Positions 9,984 through 20,674 are shown, counted from the stretch's first letter. The stretch is DNA of 64,000 nucleotides from an uncultured Spirochaeta sp. (GCA_964496635.1 CAZCAE010000003.1:51658-115657), one strand, 5' to 3'. Numbers and translations are program-made. The notes: generated by a model from the letters alone, not told the origin.

Positions 9984-12332
9984 TCAGTTTGACAGCGGTC
10001 GAATGACTATAGCATCCTTTTCAATAACCGCTTCGGCAACTCCCCCCGAAGAGAGGTCCCCAAATAGAACGGCATCGACAAAATACTCCTTGATTTCCGA
10101 TTCCACCACGCGAGCAATATTTCTCGCGCCGAACTCGGGAGAGTACCCTTTTCGGGCAAGCCACGTTATCGCATCGTCCCGAACCTCCAGACGGACGTTC
10201 CGCTCGGCCAACTGCCCGTTAAAGGATAGAATCTCTTTCCTGACGATATCCTTGACGATCTCCTCATCCAGTCGCTGAAAGAGAACAACTTTGTCCAGCC
10301 GATTGCGGAACTCCGGAGAAAAGGCGTTTTCAACCGCATCGTGTATGGCCGCCTCGGTAACATTTCGGTCACCGAAACCGATCATAGGTTTACCTATTTC
10401 CCGTGCTCCTGCGTTTGACGTCATAATAAGAATGACGTTCCGAAAGTCAGCCTTCTTTCCGGCGTTATCCGTCAGAGTGGCATAATCCATCACCTGCAAC
10501 AGAATGTTGTAAATGTCCCGGTGAGCCTTTTCAATTTCGTCCAGAAGAACCACCGCATGCGGAGTCTTCCTGATTGCATCGGTGAGAAGCCCTCCTTCTT
10601 CATACCCTACATATCCGGGTGGGCTGCCGATAAGGCGTGACACGGTGTGCTTTTCCTGGTATTCGCTCATATCAAAACGGTGCAGAGAGATACCCAGGTG
10701 ATCCGAAAGCTGGCGAGCCAGTTCGGTTTTACCTACCCCGGTCGGACCAACGAAAAGGAAACTGGCAACCGGTTTGTCGGGATTGCGAAATCCGGCGCGG
10801 GAACGCTTTACCGCAGCAACCACGTCGTCCACCGCCTGATCCTGACCGAAAAGCTGTTCCCGAAGTCCGGTACCAAGGTTCTGCAGATGTTCCTTCTCGG
10901 AAACGGTCACACTCTTAACGGGAATGCGGGCAATTTTGGAGACCACCAGTTCGATTTCCGGTTCATCGATTGTAACCGGGGGCGCTGGAGGGGTCTCGTT
11001 TTCGACCGTTTCTTCTTCAGAAGGTTTTTCGCGAAAATGTTTCATCCGCATGTACGCCCCGGCTTCATCAATAACGTCGATAGCTTTGTCCGGTAAAAAT
11101 CGTTCGTTGATATATTGCGACGCGAGACGTACCGCCGCACGGATAGCCTCATCGGTGTAGCTGACGTTGTGGTGCGCCTCGTACCTGCCCTGCAACCCTG
11201 TGAGGATCGCAACTGCTTCATCCTCTGTCGGTTCGTCAATGTCAATGCGCTGAAACCTCCGTGCCAGAGCGCGGTCCCGTTCAAAGAAACGTTTGTACTC
11301 CCCGAATGTAGTGGAGCCGATGCAGCGAATAGATCCCGAAGCGAGGGCCGGTTTCAGCATGTTGCCGGCGTCCATGGCCCCGCCCGAGACGGCCCCTGCG
11401 CCTACTATGGTATGAATTTCGTCGATGAAGAGAATGACCCTCGGTTCCTTCTCCAGTTCTTTCATTACCGCCTTCATGCGTTCTTCAAAATCACCCCGAT
11501 ACCGGGTGCCGGCAATCATAGAGCCCATATCCAATGCGTACACTTTGTGGTGTTTCAGGATATCCGGGACAGTTCCGTCGGCGATACGTTCGGCAAGACC
11601 ATGAGCCACTGCGGTCTTACCCACCCCGGGCTCCCCAATGAGAATAGGATTGTTTTTCATTCGGCGACACAGTACCTGAATGGTCCGCTCCAGCACATCT
11701 TCTCGTCCGACCAGGGGTTCCAACCGACCCGCGAGGGCTTCACCAACCAACTCCTGAGTAAACTGATCCAGAGCGCGTTTCTTCTTACGCCTATGCCCTG
11801 TTTGGCCGTCCTCCTCAACTTCATCGGCGTCTTCTTCTGCGTCAATCTGTCCTTCCGGTTCCAGATCTCCGTCTCCAGGAAATTCCGGTTCCTCATCCTC
11901 CATCCAGTCCGGAACACCGTGGCTTATCACCTCCAGCAGTTCCACCCGTTCCAGGCCTTCCCGACGAAGATAGTAACTCCCAAAGGAGGCTGATTCATCA
12001 AAAATTGAAACAAGAATATCGCCAATGCTTACCTTTTCCTTGCCGGCAGATTCGGTGTGGAAAACCGCCCTTTCAATCACGTTCTGAAAACCGAGTGACT
12101 GACTGGGGTCTTCTTCACTCTCCACCTGAGGCACCTCTTTTTCCAGATACTCTTCCAGGCTCTCCCGAACAGCATCGGAATCGACTCGACACGCACGAAA
12201 TACCGCCCTGGGAAAATCGAAATACATGGCCGCATAAAGTATATGCTCCGGTGTAAGAAACTCGTGGGAACGTTGTTTTGCTTCCTGATACGCCGCACTC
12301 AGCAACGCCTGTAACTCTCTGTCAATATGCAT
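9984..12332 (-). CDS. clpA: ATP-dependent Clp protease ATP-binding subunit ClpA
   Basis: Clp N-domain and two AAA+ modules (GEPGVGKT, GPTGVGKT, RFDMSEY), no ClpB coiled coil; directly downstream of clpS. Confidence 0.95.
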   Translation of the reverse strand: MHIDRELQALLSAAYQEAKQRSHEFLTPEHILYAAMYFDFPRAVFRACRVDSDAVRESLEEYLEKEVPQVESEEDPSQSLGFQNVIERAVFHTESAGKEKVSIGDILVSIFDESASFGSYYLRREGLERVELLEVISHGVPDWMEDEEPEFPGDGDLEPEGQIDAEEDADEVEEDGQTGHRRKKKRALDQFTQELVGEALAGRLEPLVGREDVLERTIQVLCRRMKNNPILIGEPGVGKTAVAHGLAERIADGTVPDILKHHKVYALDMGSMIAGTRYRGDFEERMKAVMKELEKEPRVILFIDEIHTIVGAGAVSGGAMDAGNMLKPALASGSIRCIGSTTFGEYKRFFERDRALARRFQRIDIDEPTEDEAVAILTGLQGRYEAHHNVSYTDEAIRAAVRLASQYINERFLPDKAIDVIDEAGAYMRMKHFREKPSEEETVENETPPAPPVTIDEPEIELVVSKIARIPVKSVTVSEKEHLQNLGTGLREQLFGQDQAVDDVVAAVKRSRAGFRNPDKPVASFLFVGPTGVGKTELARQLSDHLGISLHRFDMSEYQEKHTVSRLIGSPPGYVGYEEGGLLTDAIRKTPHAVVLLDEIEKAHRDIYNILLQVMDYATLTDNAGKKADFRNVILIMTSNAGAREIGKPMIGFGDRNVTEAAIHDAVENAFSPEFRNRLDKVVLFQRLDEEIVKDIVRKEILSFNGQLAERNVRLEVRDDAITWLARKGYSPEFGARNIARVVESEIKEYFVDAVLFGDLSSGGVAEAVIEKDAIVIRPLSN

Positions 12333-12337
12333 CGGTC

Positions 12338-12658
12338 TTACGACGCCTCCTCAAGGGTGCACTTCAGGGGATAACCGTTTCTTCTGGCCATAGCCCGCAC
12401 CTGTTCTACCTTTGTCGCCCCAATGTCGTACGGATAGAGCCCAACCAACCCTTTTCCCTTTTTATGGACACTGAGCATTATCGCATGAGCCTCGACAGGC
12501 GACTTCCTGAATACCTTTTTCAATACATCTACTACGAACTCCATCGTCGTATAGTCATCGTTATGCAATACAACCCGGTATTTTTTGGGTTTCTCAACTT
12601 TCTGTTTCGTCCTTTCCTTGAGTTGGCCACTCCCATCAGGTACATTCGGTTCACTCAT
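12338..12658 (-). CDS. clpS: ClpS adaptor
   Basis: YRVVLHNDDYTTMEFVVDVL, MLSVHKKGKG, GYPLKCTLE. Confidence 0.97.
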   Translation of the reverse strand: MSEPNVPDGSGQLKERTKQKVEKPKKYRVVLHNDDYTTMEFVVDVLKKVFRKSPVEAHAIMLSVHKKGKGLVGLYPYDIGATKVEQVRAMARRNGYPLKCTLEEAS

Positions 12659-12693
12659 AACTGTGTAGAATTTATGCTATTTTTTCCCGAACG

Positions 12694-14775
12694 TCACTGT
12701 TCTGATGGCGGGAAGAAGCCGATTTCATCTCTGCCACTGCGAACAAAGATCCTTGCTTCCGCGGAGACTCCGATATATGCCCTTCCAAAATCGGGATTCG
12801 CCTCAGATCGATAGCTCAGCCAGTATCGACCAACAGGATCGTCGGCAAGATTCTCGATAAGGGGTCTCATGCCGGCCGCCTCATACAGGTATCGGGCCGT
12901 TCCTCCCGTCCGTTCCACCAGAAACTCAAGCTCGGGATCCGGGCTCCGTTGTTCAAGAAGAAGAAGATGAAAACGGACACCGTTGTTCACCAAAAAAGAT
13001 GCCAATTCTTCCAGGGAGTGTTCCGCAAAGGCACTGTCTCCTACAGCAGCATCTCCAACAAGAATGACATTCCGGCGAAGACCGCTTTCCAGAAGACGCG
13101 TTCCCGCCAGCCGAATGGCCCGATCCAGGGATATCTGATCCCGTCGGAAAAGCCCTTCCTGATCGACCATCACTCCTGCAAGACGTTCGGCAAAGAGTTG
13201 CGGACCTGCAGGACGTTCTGAAACGAGTATCGGCTGATCAGCTGCCGCATAAATTGAAAACAGCCCCTGTGTCGGCAGATTTTCCGCAAGGTCGGATACT
13301 GCCCGGGCAGCATCTTCAATGTAGCGCTGCCCCGACCGAACCTGTACGACCCCGATGGTGTCCAGGGCCATGACTCTGTTGCCGGATAACTCCAACTCGA
13401 CGTCGTTTTGAGGACGTCCATTTTCAGAAATAATGAAGTTTTCCGTTTCGAGACCGACGAGAGGTCGTCCGTTTCGGTCGTGAACAGATACCAGTACTCC
13501 AATACGCGGAAAGTCCCGCATGGTAATACGTTCTATCCGCACATCAAGCCCTGAATAGAGGGAGCCTTCCGGTTCAAAGAGGGCAAAGTCATCCGCGTCG
13601 AAATCGCTGACCAGAATGCGCCGATTGGCATCGCGGGCAACCGAACTGATGCGAGTTCTCTCTTCGTCGGTAAACGTCGCGACTGTCGCTTCTCGCCGGG
13701 TATCGAAGAGAATTACCCGACTACCAGCGGTGATCATAAGCAGGTTTTCGTCATACCAGGCGATATCCTCGACAACAGTCCCGCTGATAGCATGTTCCGG
13801 ACCGTCTTCTTTTGTAAGCGGAAGCTCGATTCGCCTCAGATAGTTTCCACTGTCGTCGAAAAGTTGCAGTACCGGTTTTTCATCGTCAACGTCGGCTACA
13901 TAGACATTTTCGTTGTCCACAGCAATTCCGGTAGGCCTGGAAAAACCGGGGAAAAATGTCGATGCCTCGCCTATTGTCAATACGAAATCACCGGTTGTAG
14001 TGAATTTGCTCACTCTTCGGGTTCCCCATTCGGAAACATAGATGAAGCCATCATGAACGACAATGTATTGAGGACCCAGGAGCTGCCCGTCTCCAAGCCC
14101 GGGAGACCCAATGGTTCCCGTACGCATCCCCGTTTCATTAAAGACAGAAATCCGATCCCTGCCGAACTCCGTCACATACAGCGTATTATCGTGCCACTCG
14201 ACATCGAATGGTCTATCGAGCCCATCCAGCCCCCCACGTATACGGGAACGGATTCTGCCGTTGGGAGTAATTCTCAGAATTTCCTGTGTGCCGAGAGAAA
14301 CCAGAAAGAAATCTCCCTGAGATTCCACGGCAATTCCACCAGGTCTGCGGAAAAGCGTCGTTCCATTACGTTGCCCAAAGACGCGCTGGGATCGACTGAA
14401 ACTCAAGTCTTCTTCAAGAAGGGGGAGAACACCCCGACGGAAGCGAATCTGTTCTATCCGGGAGGCCAGGTACGCCTTTGCCTGTCCACTTTCGGCGATG
14501 ACTTCCCATTCTCCTATAGCGGCCTCTTCAAAACCGCTGCGTAGATACGCACGCCCCAACCATTCGCGGGCACGAAAGTCATCGGACCGGAGGGCAAGGG
14601 TCCGTGTAAAGGCAACGATGGCATCGTTGAATCTGCCCGCATGAAAAGCGTGTACGCCCCAGCGGAACTCCTCCGCCGCTTCCGCGACCGACAAGTCGAT
14701 GGATTGGGCGGAAACGGAAAGAACACAGAAACAGAACATTGCAACGACGATGGTACACGACCGCAGTTGTTTCAC
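12694..14775 (-). CDS. Exported TPR + NHL beta-propeller + vWA-like protein
   Basis: Signal peptide, one TPR pair, NHL repeats (RPGGIAV, RPFDV, GPQYIVV, RPTGIAVD), a pre-vWA motif VSVHDRNGRPLVGLETENFIISENGRPQ and a vWA-like C-terminus. Confidence 0.8.
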   Translation of the reverse strand: MKQLRSCTIVVAMFCFCVLSVSAQSIDLSVAEAAEEFRWGVHAFHAGRFNDAIVAFTRTLALRSDDFRAREWLGRAYLRSGFEEAAIGEWEVIAESGQAKAYLASRIEQIRFRRGVLPLLEEDLSFSRSQRVFGQRNGTTLFRRPGGIAVESQGDFFLVSLGTQEILRITPNGRIRSRIRGGLDGLDRPFDVEWHDNTLYVTEFGRDRISVFNETGMRTGTIGSPGLGDGQLLGPQYIVVHDGFIYVSEWGTRRVSKFTTTGDFVLTIGEASTFFPGFSRPTGIAVDNENVYVADVDDEKPVLQLFDDSGNYLRRIELPLTKEDGPEHAISGTVVEDIAWYDENLLMITAGSRVILFDTRREATVATFTDEERTRISSVARDANRRILVSDFDADDFALFEPEGSLYSGLDVRIERITMRDFPRIGVLVSVHDRNGRPLVGLETENFIISENGRPQNDVELELSGNRVMALDTIGVVQVRSGQRYIEDAARAVSDLAENLPTQGLFSIYAAADQPILVSERPAGPQLFAERLAGVMVDQEGLFRRDQISLDRAIRLAGTRLLESGLRRNVILVGDAAVGDSAFAEHSLEELASFLVNNGVRFHLLLLEQRSPDPELEFLVERTGGTARYLYEAAGMRPLIENLADDPVGRYWLSYRSEANPDFGRAYIGVSAEARIFVRSGRDEIGFFPPSEQ

Positions 14776-15440
14776 GTGTTTACTCCCGCGGCGTTCAACA
14801 GTTCCTTGTAATGAGCGACAATTTCACCGTTTCCCCGAGACAGTCGAACTGCCTGCTCATACAGCGTCTTAGACTGCTGCAGATTCCCTATACGACGATG
14901 TACAAGGGCGAGGGAGTCCAGATAGGCTGCGTTCTCGGGATATTTCGCAAGGGCTGCCGTACAATGTTCCAGCGCTACATCGAGCTGAATATCGTTTTCC
15001 GCCAGAATGTAGCCAAGAGAGTTTCGGGCGTTGGCGTTTTCCGGATCAATTTTCAAAGCCTTTTCCAGGTTCGCGATCGCCGGCGCAGTCTTACCCTGGG
15101 CATACACCGCATACGCAAGGGCGGCATATACCTTGGCTGATTCGTATCCGTCTTCCAGGAGACGGTTCAGTTCAAACTCTGCCAGACGATACCGACCACT
15201 GACTGCATAGATATAGCCCATTATCATTCGGCTCTGATAGATATGCAAAAAACCTATGTCCGAATTGACGACCTGCTCCAGGTAGAGCAGAGCTTCGTCG
15301 TGCTTGTCCATATGAGCGTAGCAGAGGCCGATGTAATAGCTGAGTATTGGTTGTTCCGTCTCCTCTACATGGACGGAAAGAAAGACGTCAAGCGCCTGTC
15401 GATACTTTTTCTGTCGATAAAGACGTATTCCCTCGTTCAT
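14772..15440 (-). CDS. Tetratricopeptide repeat protein
   Basis: Tandem TPR motifs (AIANLEKALKIDPENANARNSLGY, AYLDSLA). Confidence 0.85.
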   Translation of the reverse strand: MNEGIRLYRQKKYRQALDVFLSVHVEETEQPILSYYIGLCYAHMDKHDEALLYLEQVVNSDIGFLHIYQSRMIMGYIYAVSGRYRLAEFELNRLLEDGYESAKVYAALAYAVYAQGKTAPAIANLEKALKIDPENANARNSLGYILAENDIQLDVALEHCTAALAKYPENAAYLDSLALVHRRIGNLQQSKTLYEQAVRLSRGNGEIVAHYKELLNAAGVNT

Positions 15441-15468
15441 CGTGTCCTTCAGAACTGTTCCTTCGGAA

Positions 15469-16209
15469 CTATTGTACCAGACTGGAGGTACGGTAATGTT
15501 CCTCCACCGCGTGATTAACGGGATTCAGCATCACCGGGCTTACAGAAATCTTACCCATTTCGACGGCGTGCCAGTCTGTACCCGCTTCCAATACCGTTTT
15601 GGACGGCTTTCCGTCGACAAAATAATATGTGCCTCCCCGAGGCGGTTCAAAGGGCAGCAGAACATCATCATAACGTCGCATCGCCGGCGTTGTGATTTCC
15701 ACTCCTTTCGGATGTTCCATGTTGGGAGCGTTCACATTGATAAAATGGTCGGGATTCCACAGCTTTACAATCTCTTCAAGATTGTCGCGGACAAACCGGG
15801 CCACCGGTTCGAAGTGAAAGGGCGGAGAAAAGCTGTTCAATGAAAGGGCAATACCGGGAATTTCCCGGTACACCGCCTGCCGGGCACCGGCGCACGTACC
15901 GGAATAGACGATATCCGACCCAAGATTGGGGCCGATATTGATGCCCGAAACGACCAGGTCCGGCATCACCGGAATGGCTCCGCGGGTGCCCAGAATGATA
16001 CAATCCGCAGGAGTTCCGCTGGATGCGTACCGTTTATCGTCAATTTTTGTACAGCGAATAGGCTCGGAAATTGTAATGCTGTTGGAAAAGCCGCTGCGTT
16101 CACCGTCGGGTGCGAGGACCCACACATCATGGTCCTTACCGAGAACCGAACGCAGTGTTTCCAGACCGGGACTGTAGATACCGTCATCGTTCGTCAAAAG
16201 AATCGTCAC
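15469..16209 (-). CDS. surE: 5'/3'-nucleotidase SurE
   Basis: ILLTNDDGI, SGTPADC, VVSGINIGPNLG, YSGT. GTG start at 16209; the ORF-track TTG at 16245 is the -35 box. Confidence 0.95.
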   Translation of the reverse strand: MTILLTNDDGIYSPGLETLRSVLGKDHDVWVLAPDGERSGFSNSITISEPIRCTKIDDKRYASSGTPADCIILGTRGAIPVMPDLVVSGINIGPNLGSDIVYSGTCAGARQAVYREIPGIALSLNSFSPPFHFEPVARFVRDNLEEIVKLWNPDHFINVNAPNMEHPKGVEITTPAMRRYDDVLLPFEPPRGGTYYFVDGKPSKTVLEAGTDWHAVEMGKISVSPVMLNPVNHAVEEHYRTSSLVQ

Positions 16210-16216
16210 GTAAAGG

Positions 16217-16245
16217 ACTGTAGCACCGCCGCAAACCCGTGTCAA
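16217..16245 (-). promoter_or_regulatory. sigma70 promoter for the surE operon, probably leaderless
   Basis: TTGACA-N17-TACAGT with TGn extension; GTG start 7 nt after the -10. Confidence 0.7.
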
Positions 16246-16273
16246 AGGTAACAGAACGGGTTATGATCGGGAC

Positions 16274-17905
16274 GTGCAGATACTTCTTGTTCTCTTCTCC
16301 GCCGTGCTTCTCCCCCTGGCTTTACCGAATGAACTGTTCCCGGCAGGTCTGGCCATACCGGGTCTGATTGCGCTGACTCCCGCCTTCTTGACCATCTATC
16401 GGGCACCGAGCCGAATTTCCGCATCCCGGCTGGGCGCCCTGTTTGGTGCGGTCAGTACCGTAATCGGCAACTACTGGCTCGCGTTCTTTGGAGAGTTTTC
16501 CGTCTGGACCATCGGGGGAACCGTTCTCGGATACACCGGTTACAACTATATGCTCTTCGGATTTCTCTACTTTCTGTCCCGGCCCTCCGACGCTGCCAAA
16601 GCAGGAGTGACCATCCCGAGACCCCTTGTCATCGCCGTCGCCTGGACGGGTTACGAGTATCTGAAATCTGTCGGCTTTCTCGGATACCCATGGGGACTCA
16701 TTGCGTATCCTATCGCAGAATTGGGGCCGGCAATCCAGATTGCCGAGATGACCGGTCCCTGGGGCCTTTCGTTCCTGGGAGCGTACTCCGCTGCCGCTGT
16801 CGCGGAACTCATTGCAAAACGGGGGTGTACCTCCGCCGCCGGCATCCGACGATCAGAAGAATCTGCGACGGCACATGTTACCGCTGCAGCATCTCTAATT
16901 ATACTGGCATCGCTCTTCGGTACCGTTCGATTGTCCCAAATCAGGCCCGTCGACGAAGTGCAAATGCTTCTGGTTCAGCAGAATGTAGACAGCTGGCAAC
17001 CGGGCCAGTTCGATCACGCTCTTTTGCGCGCTCAGGAGCTCACTCTCCAGGGACTGTCCGAATTGCCCGGACGGGAAAATACCAAAACGCCCGGACCGTC
17101 CCTCCCAGATGCTGTGGTCTGGAGCGAAACGAGTCTCCGGGTCCCTTACCACCCCGACAGGGAATACTATTCAGAACAACCTCGGGCTCTGCCGTTCCAT
17201 CTCTTTCTCCGCCTCATCGATACCCCCCTGATAAGCGGTACGGCCCTACCGGTAGCGGACACGAAAGATTACACCAACAGCGCGGTGGTCATTCTTCCCG
17301 ACGGTACTACCACAGGAGCGTACGGCAAGCAGCAGCTCGTTCCCTTCGCTGAGTCAATTCCCTTCTGGAGTGTGACGATGGTGCAACGTTTCTTTCGTAA
17401 CACTGTAGGTCTTACCGGCACATGGGTACCCGGTCGCGACAGCTTGCCTCTGACTCTGCCCAGGCGGGACCGCAGCAAACCGGATCTGCGGATCGGTACG
17501 CCGATATGCTTTGAGGATGCTTTCGGATGGGTTACTCGGGAAATGGTGGCGCATGGTGCGGACGTTCTGGTAAACCTGACCAACAACTCCTGGAGTCGTC
17601 AGGACTCGGCTCAGACTCAGCACTTCGCGGCGGCCCGCCTCAGAACTGTCGAACTGCGAACTACACTGGTCCGGGGAACAAACAGCGGCCTTTCCGGGGT
17701 AATAGATGCCCGAGGTGAGTTGATCTCCGAATTGCCCATGTTTGAGAGCGTTTCGAAAATGGTGAACGTTCCATTGTATCCTCAAACATGGACGCTATAC
17801 CGCGCATGGGGGGACTGGCTGGGAATTCTTTCTTTCGTGGTTACCCTGGTCTCGGTAGTGAAACGGACGAAAAAAAAGGACGAACCCGCGTCCGTCCTTT
17901 CCTGA
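16274..17905 (+). CDS. lnt: Apolipoprotein N-acyltransferase (paralogue 1)
   Basis: Multi-TM N-terminus, GYPWG, nitrilase triad E (VWSETS), K (YGKQQLVPFAE), C (PICFED). Confidence 0.92.
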   Translation: MQILLVLFSAVLLPLALPNELFPAGLAIPGLIALTPAFLTIYRAPSRISASRLGALFGAVSTVIGNYWLAFFGEFSVWTIGGTVLGYTGYNYMLFGFLYFLSRPSDAAKAGVTIPRPLVIAVAWTGYEYLKSVGFLGYPWGLIAYPIAELGPAIQIAEMTGPWGLSFLGAYSAAAVAELIAKRGCTSAAGIRRSEESATAHVTAAASLIILASLFGTVRLSQIRPVDEVQMLLVQQNVDSWQPGQFDHALLRAQELTLQGLSELPGRENTKTPGPSLPDAVVWSETSLRVPYHPDREYYSEQPRALPFHLFLRLIDTPLISGTALPVADTKDYTNSAVVILPDGTTTGAYGKQQLVPFAESIPFWSVTMVQRFFRNTVGLTGTWVPGRDSLPLTLPRRDRSKPDLRIGTPICFEDAFGWVTREMVAHGADVLVNLTNNSWSRQDSAQTQHFAAARLRTVELRTTLVRGTNSGLSGVIDARGELISELPMFESVSKMVNVPLYPQTWTLYRAWGDWLGILSFVVTLVSVVKRTKKKDEPASVLS

Positions 17906-17914
17906 TGTGATCTG

Positions 17915-18178
17915 TCACTCCTTGATATTGTACTTCCTGCGGAAACGTTCAACGCGTCCGGCAGTATCAACAAGCTTCTGTTTGCCTGTATAAAATGGAT
18001 GGGAAGCACTGGAAATTTCCACATCAAAGAGGGGATATTCTTTACCGTCTTCGTACTTGATAGTCTCTTTGGTTTGCACGGTGCTCTGTGTCAGAAACAT
18101 AGTTCCACTTGCGGTATCACGAAAGACAACCGACCGGTACTCTGGATGTATATCTCTCATATCTTCCTCCACGGTCAT
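17915..18178 (-). CDS. rpmE2: 50S ribosomal protein L31 type B (Zn-free)
   Basis: [45 protein letters not shown]; no CxxC. Confidence 0.97.
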   Translation of the reverse strand: MTVEEDMRDIHPEYRSVVFRDTASGTMFLTQSTVQTKETIKYEDGKEYPLFDVEISSASHPFYTGKQKLVDTAGRVERFRRKYNIKE

Positions 18179-19746
18179 TCAGACCCTGTTGTATTCATAG
18201 ATTGCAGAAAGTCGGCATTATTCTTGGTTTTGCTCATCTTGTCAATCAAGAGTTCTATGACCTCGACGTCATCCATCGGATTTACCACCTTCCGGAGAAC
18301 CCACATCTTTCGCAGCTCTTCCTCCGTCAGAAGAAGATCTTCCCGCCGGGTGCCGGATTTTTTGATATTGATAGCCGGGAATATCCGCCGGTCCGAGAGG
18401 CGTCGATCCAGATTGACCTCCATATTACCGGTACCTTTGAATTCTTCGAAGATGACTTCATCCATACGACTGCCCGTCTCTACCAGAGCGGTGGCGACGA
18501 TTGTAAGACTCCCGCCATCTTCAATATTTCGTGCCGCACCGAAGAATCGCTTCGGTTTATGCAACGCGTTGGAATCGACACCACCGGAAAGGATCTTTCC
18601 GGATGTGGGCACCGTCTGGTTGTAGGCCCGTGCAAGGCGGGTTATTGAATCCAGGAGGATCACCACGTCTTTTTTGTGTTCGACCAATCGACGACTCTTC
18701 TCAAGGACCATTTCTGCAACCTGAACGTGCCGTTGCGCCTGTTCATCGAACGTCGAAGCGATAACTTCAGCTTTTACGTTTCGCTCCATGTCGGTAACCT
18801 CTTCCGGTCTTTCGTCAATAAGCAAGACAATGAGGTATACCTCGGGGTGATTTTCCGTGATTGCATTTGCAATTTTCTGAAGGAAGACCGTTTTACCCGT
18901 CCGGGGAGGCGATACTATGAGTCCCCGTTGCCCTTTCCCTATCGGACAGAAGAGGTTGATAAGCCGGGTAGACGGATCGTTGGAACGAGTTTCCATATTG
19001 AGTCGTTCATCGGGATACAACGGTGTCAGGTTGTCAAACGGTATTCGCGTCTGGGCGACCGAGGGATGGTCAAAGTTGACGCTCTCAACCCGAAGCATAG
19101 CGAAAAAGCGCTCCCCCTCTTTTGGCGGGCGGATCTGGCCGTAGACAGTGTCGCCAGTCTTCAAATTAAACAAGCGAATTTGAGACGGTGAGATATATAT
19201 GTCATCGGAACCTGAAAGGTACGAGTTCTGAGGGCTTCTGAGAAATCCGTACCCGTCGGGAAGAATTTCGAGTGATCCGTACGCAAATATCGTTCCGTTT
19301 CGTTCGGTGTGCGCCTTCAGGATTGCGAATATAACTTCCTGCTTTTTCAGTGAAAGGAGGTTTTCTCCTGCAATACCCATATCCGACGCCAGGTCCCGAA
19401 GTAACTTCATGTTCATCAGCGTCAGTTCGTTAATACTGAGACTTTTATCGTCTTTCAGGTGCGAAAAATCGATAGAAAACGCCTGCTGCCCTGTAGCAGG
19501 ACGCCCGTCGCTTCCGTCATCTCCACGGGTGCGACGATCCACAACTTCGGACGGGACCCTGGATGCATCCCGTTTGCTTTTGTGTCCGGTGCTCTGATCT
19601 CCGTTACCATCGTTATCTTTTACCACGGCAACACGGACGCGTTTTTTCTTTGCACCACGGCGATTTCCGTTTCGCCCGTTTTCCGAACGATTTTCTTCTT
19701 CCTGAGGTGTTACAGTTTGTTTGCTATTATCATCATTGTCTGACAT
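18175..19746 (-). CDS. rho: Transcription termination factor Rho with N-terminal low-complexity extension
   Basis: [47 protein letters not shown]. Confidence 0.98.
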   Translation of the reverse strand: MSDNDDNSKQTVTPQEEENRSENGRNGNRRGAKKKRVRVAVVKDNDGNGDQSTGHKSKRDASRVPSEVVDRRTRGDDGSDGRPATGQQAFSIDFSHLKDDKSLSINELTLMNMKLLRDLASDMGIAGENLLSLKKQEVIFAILKAHTERNGTIFAYGSLEILPDGYGFLRSPQNSYLSGSDDIYISPSQIRLFNLKTGDTVYGQIRPPKEGERFFAMLRVESVNFDHPSVAQTRIPFDNLTPLYPDERLNMETRSNDPSTRLINLFCPIGKGQRGLIVSPPRTGKTVFLQKIANAITENHPEVYLIVLLIDERPEEVTDMERNVKAEVIASTFDEQAQRHVQVAEMVLEKSRRLVEHKKDVVILLDSITRLARAYNQTVPTSGKILSGGVDSNALHKPKRFFGAARNIEDGGSLTIVATALVETGSRMDEVIFEEFKGTGNMEVNLDRRLSDRRIFPAINIKKSGTRREDLLLTEEELRKMWVLRKVVNPMDDVEVIELLIDKMSKTKNNADFLQSMNTTGSE

Positions 19747-19856
19747 GGATTACTCCAAATACCATTTTGGTCTGAGGGCACAGCGCCGGATATGACAAAA
19801 CATGCCCGACGCAGTATTGATTGGACACCCGGTATGTACGTTGATTGCAGAATTTA

Positions 19857-19885
19857 AAGCTACGCCATTATGCAACCTGTGTCAA
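19857..19885 (-). promoter_or_regulatory. sigma70 promoter for rho-rpmE2
   Basis: Minus strand TTGACA-N17-TAGCTT about 110 nt upstream of the rho ATG. Confidence 0.6.
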
Positions 19886-19907
19886 GTTTTTCCAAGCCCA
19901 TTTACAC

Positions 19908-20339
19908 TCAACGGGATTCCGGTTCAATAGCGGGAATTGCCTGCCGTCGCAGCTGCTCAAGAGGTGCAGAGAAAATGTCCAGAGACTCACTGTTTCGCAG
20001 CATCTCGCAACGTCCTTCAAAAATGACTCCGTCGGCAATACGGACACGACCGGACCGGACATTGCCGTAGACGGTACATCCCGGCAACATCTCAACTTCG
20101 CCGGTAGCCTCAATATTGCCATGTACGGTGCCGCCGATGATAATCCGTTTTGCCCGAATATCCGCTTTTACGGAGGCTCCTTCCTGAACATAGAGAAAAC
20201 CGGTGGCGTCGATTTCTCCTTCGTACTCGCCGCTTACGGTAACCGATCCTCCAAAACGGAGCTTACCGTTAAATCTGGTTCCCGGACCGAGTCTGCTGTC
20301 TGTCTGTTCTATTGAACGCGGATCAATATGATAAGCCAT
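19908..20339 (-). CDS. Bactofilin (polymer-forming cytoskeletal protein)
   Basis: LGPGTRFNGKLRF, VSGEYEGEI, IIIGGTVHGNI, IADGVIFEGRCEM beta-helix pattern. ATG at 20339 follows AGGAAG. Confidence 0.88.
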   Translation of the reverse strand: MAYHIDPRSIEQTDSRLGPGTRFNGKLRFGGSVTVSGEYEGEIDATGFLYVQEGASVKADIRAKRIIIGGTVHGNIEATGEVEMLPGCTVYGNVRSGRVRIADGVIFEGRCEMLRNSESLDIFSAPLEQLRRQAIPAIEPESR

Positions 20340-20452
20340 GAACTTCCTGTGTTGAAATCGTAAATCGTCTCCGTGCAACTTACTATTACAAAAATAGACG
20401 GCGTCAGTCGGATATTATATCGATTTCGGATGCCGCAACGCGGCATGCGAAA

Positions 20453-20674
20453 CTACTTTGTAGCCATCACAAAGACGCCGTCCCAATCTTCCGGCGGTGG
20501 TGTCTGGATATAATGAGAACACCTGCCCAGATATACCTTCGACGGACCATCGTTGGGATCTATTTCCAGAGCATTATGAAAATATTTGTGTGCATCTTCA
20601 AATTGCATCAATTTGTAAAGCTTCCTGCCCCTGGCGAAAAGGTCGAGAACGCGTTTCTTTTCTTCACTTATCAT
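20453..20674 (-). CDS. Small stand-alone TPR-like protein (73 aa)
   Basis: MISEEKK start after CAGGGG, overlapping the response regulator stop. YFHNALEIDPNDGPSKVYLGRC..PPPEDWDGVFVMATK. Confidence 0.8.
   Translation of the reverse strand: MISEEKKRVLDLFARGRKLYKLMQFEDAHKYFHNALEIDPNDGPSKVYLGRCSHYIQTPPPEDWDGVFVMATK

Noticed and set aside
19480-19746. Rho N-terminal extension as a novel domain
   Set aside because: Low-complexity extensions are common in Rho proteins outside Enterobacteria.
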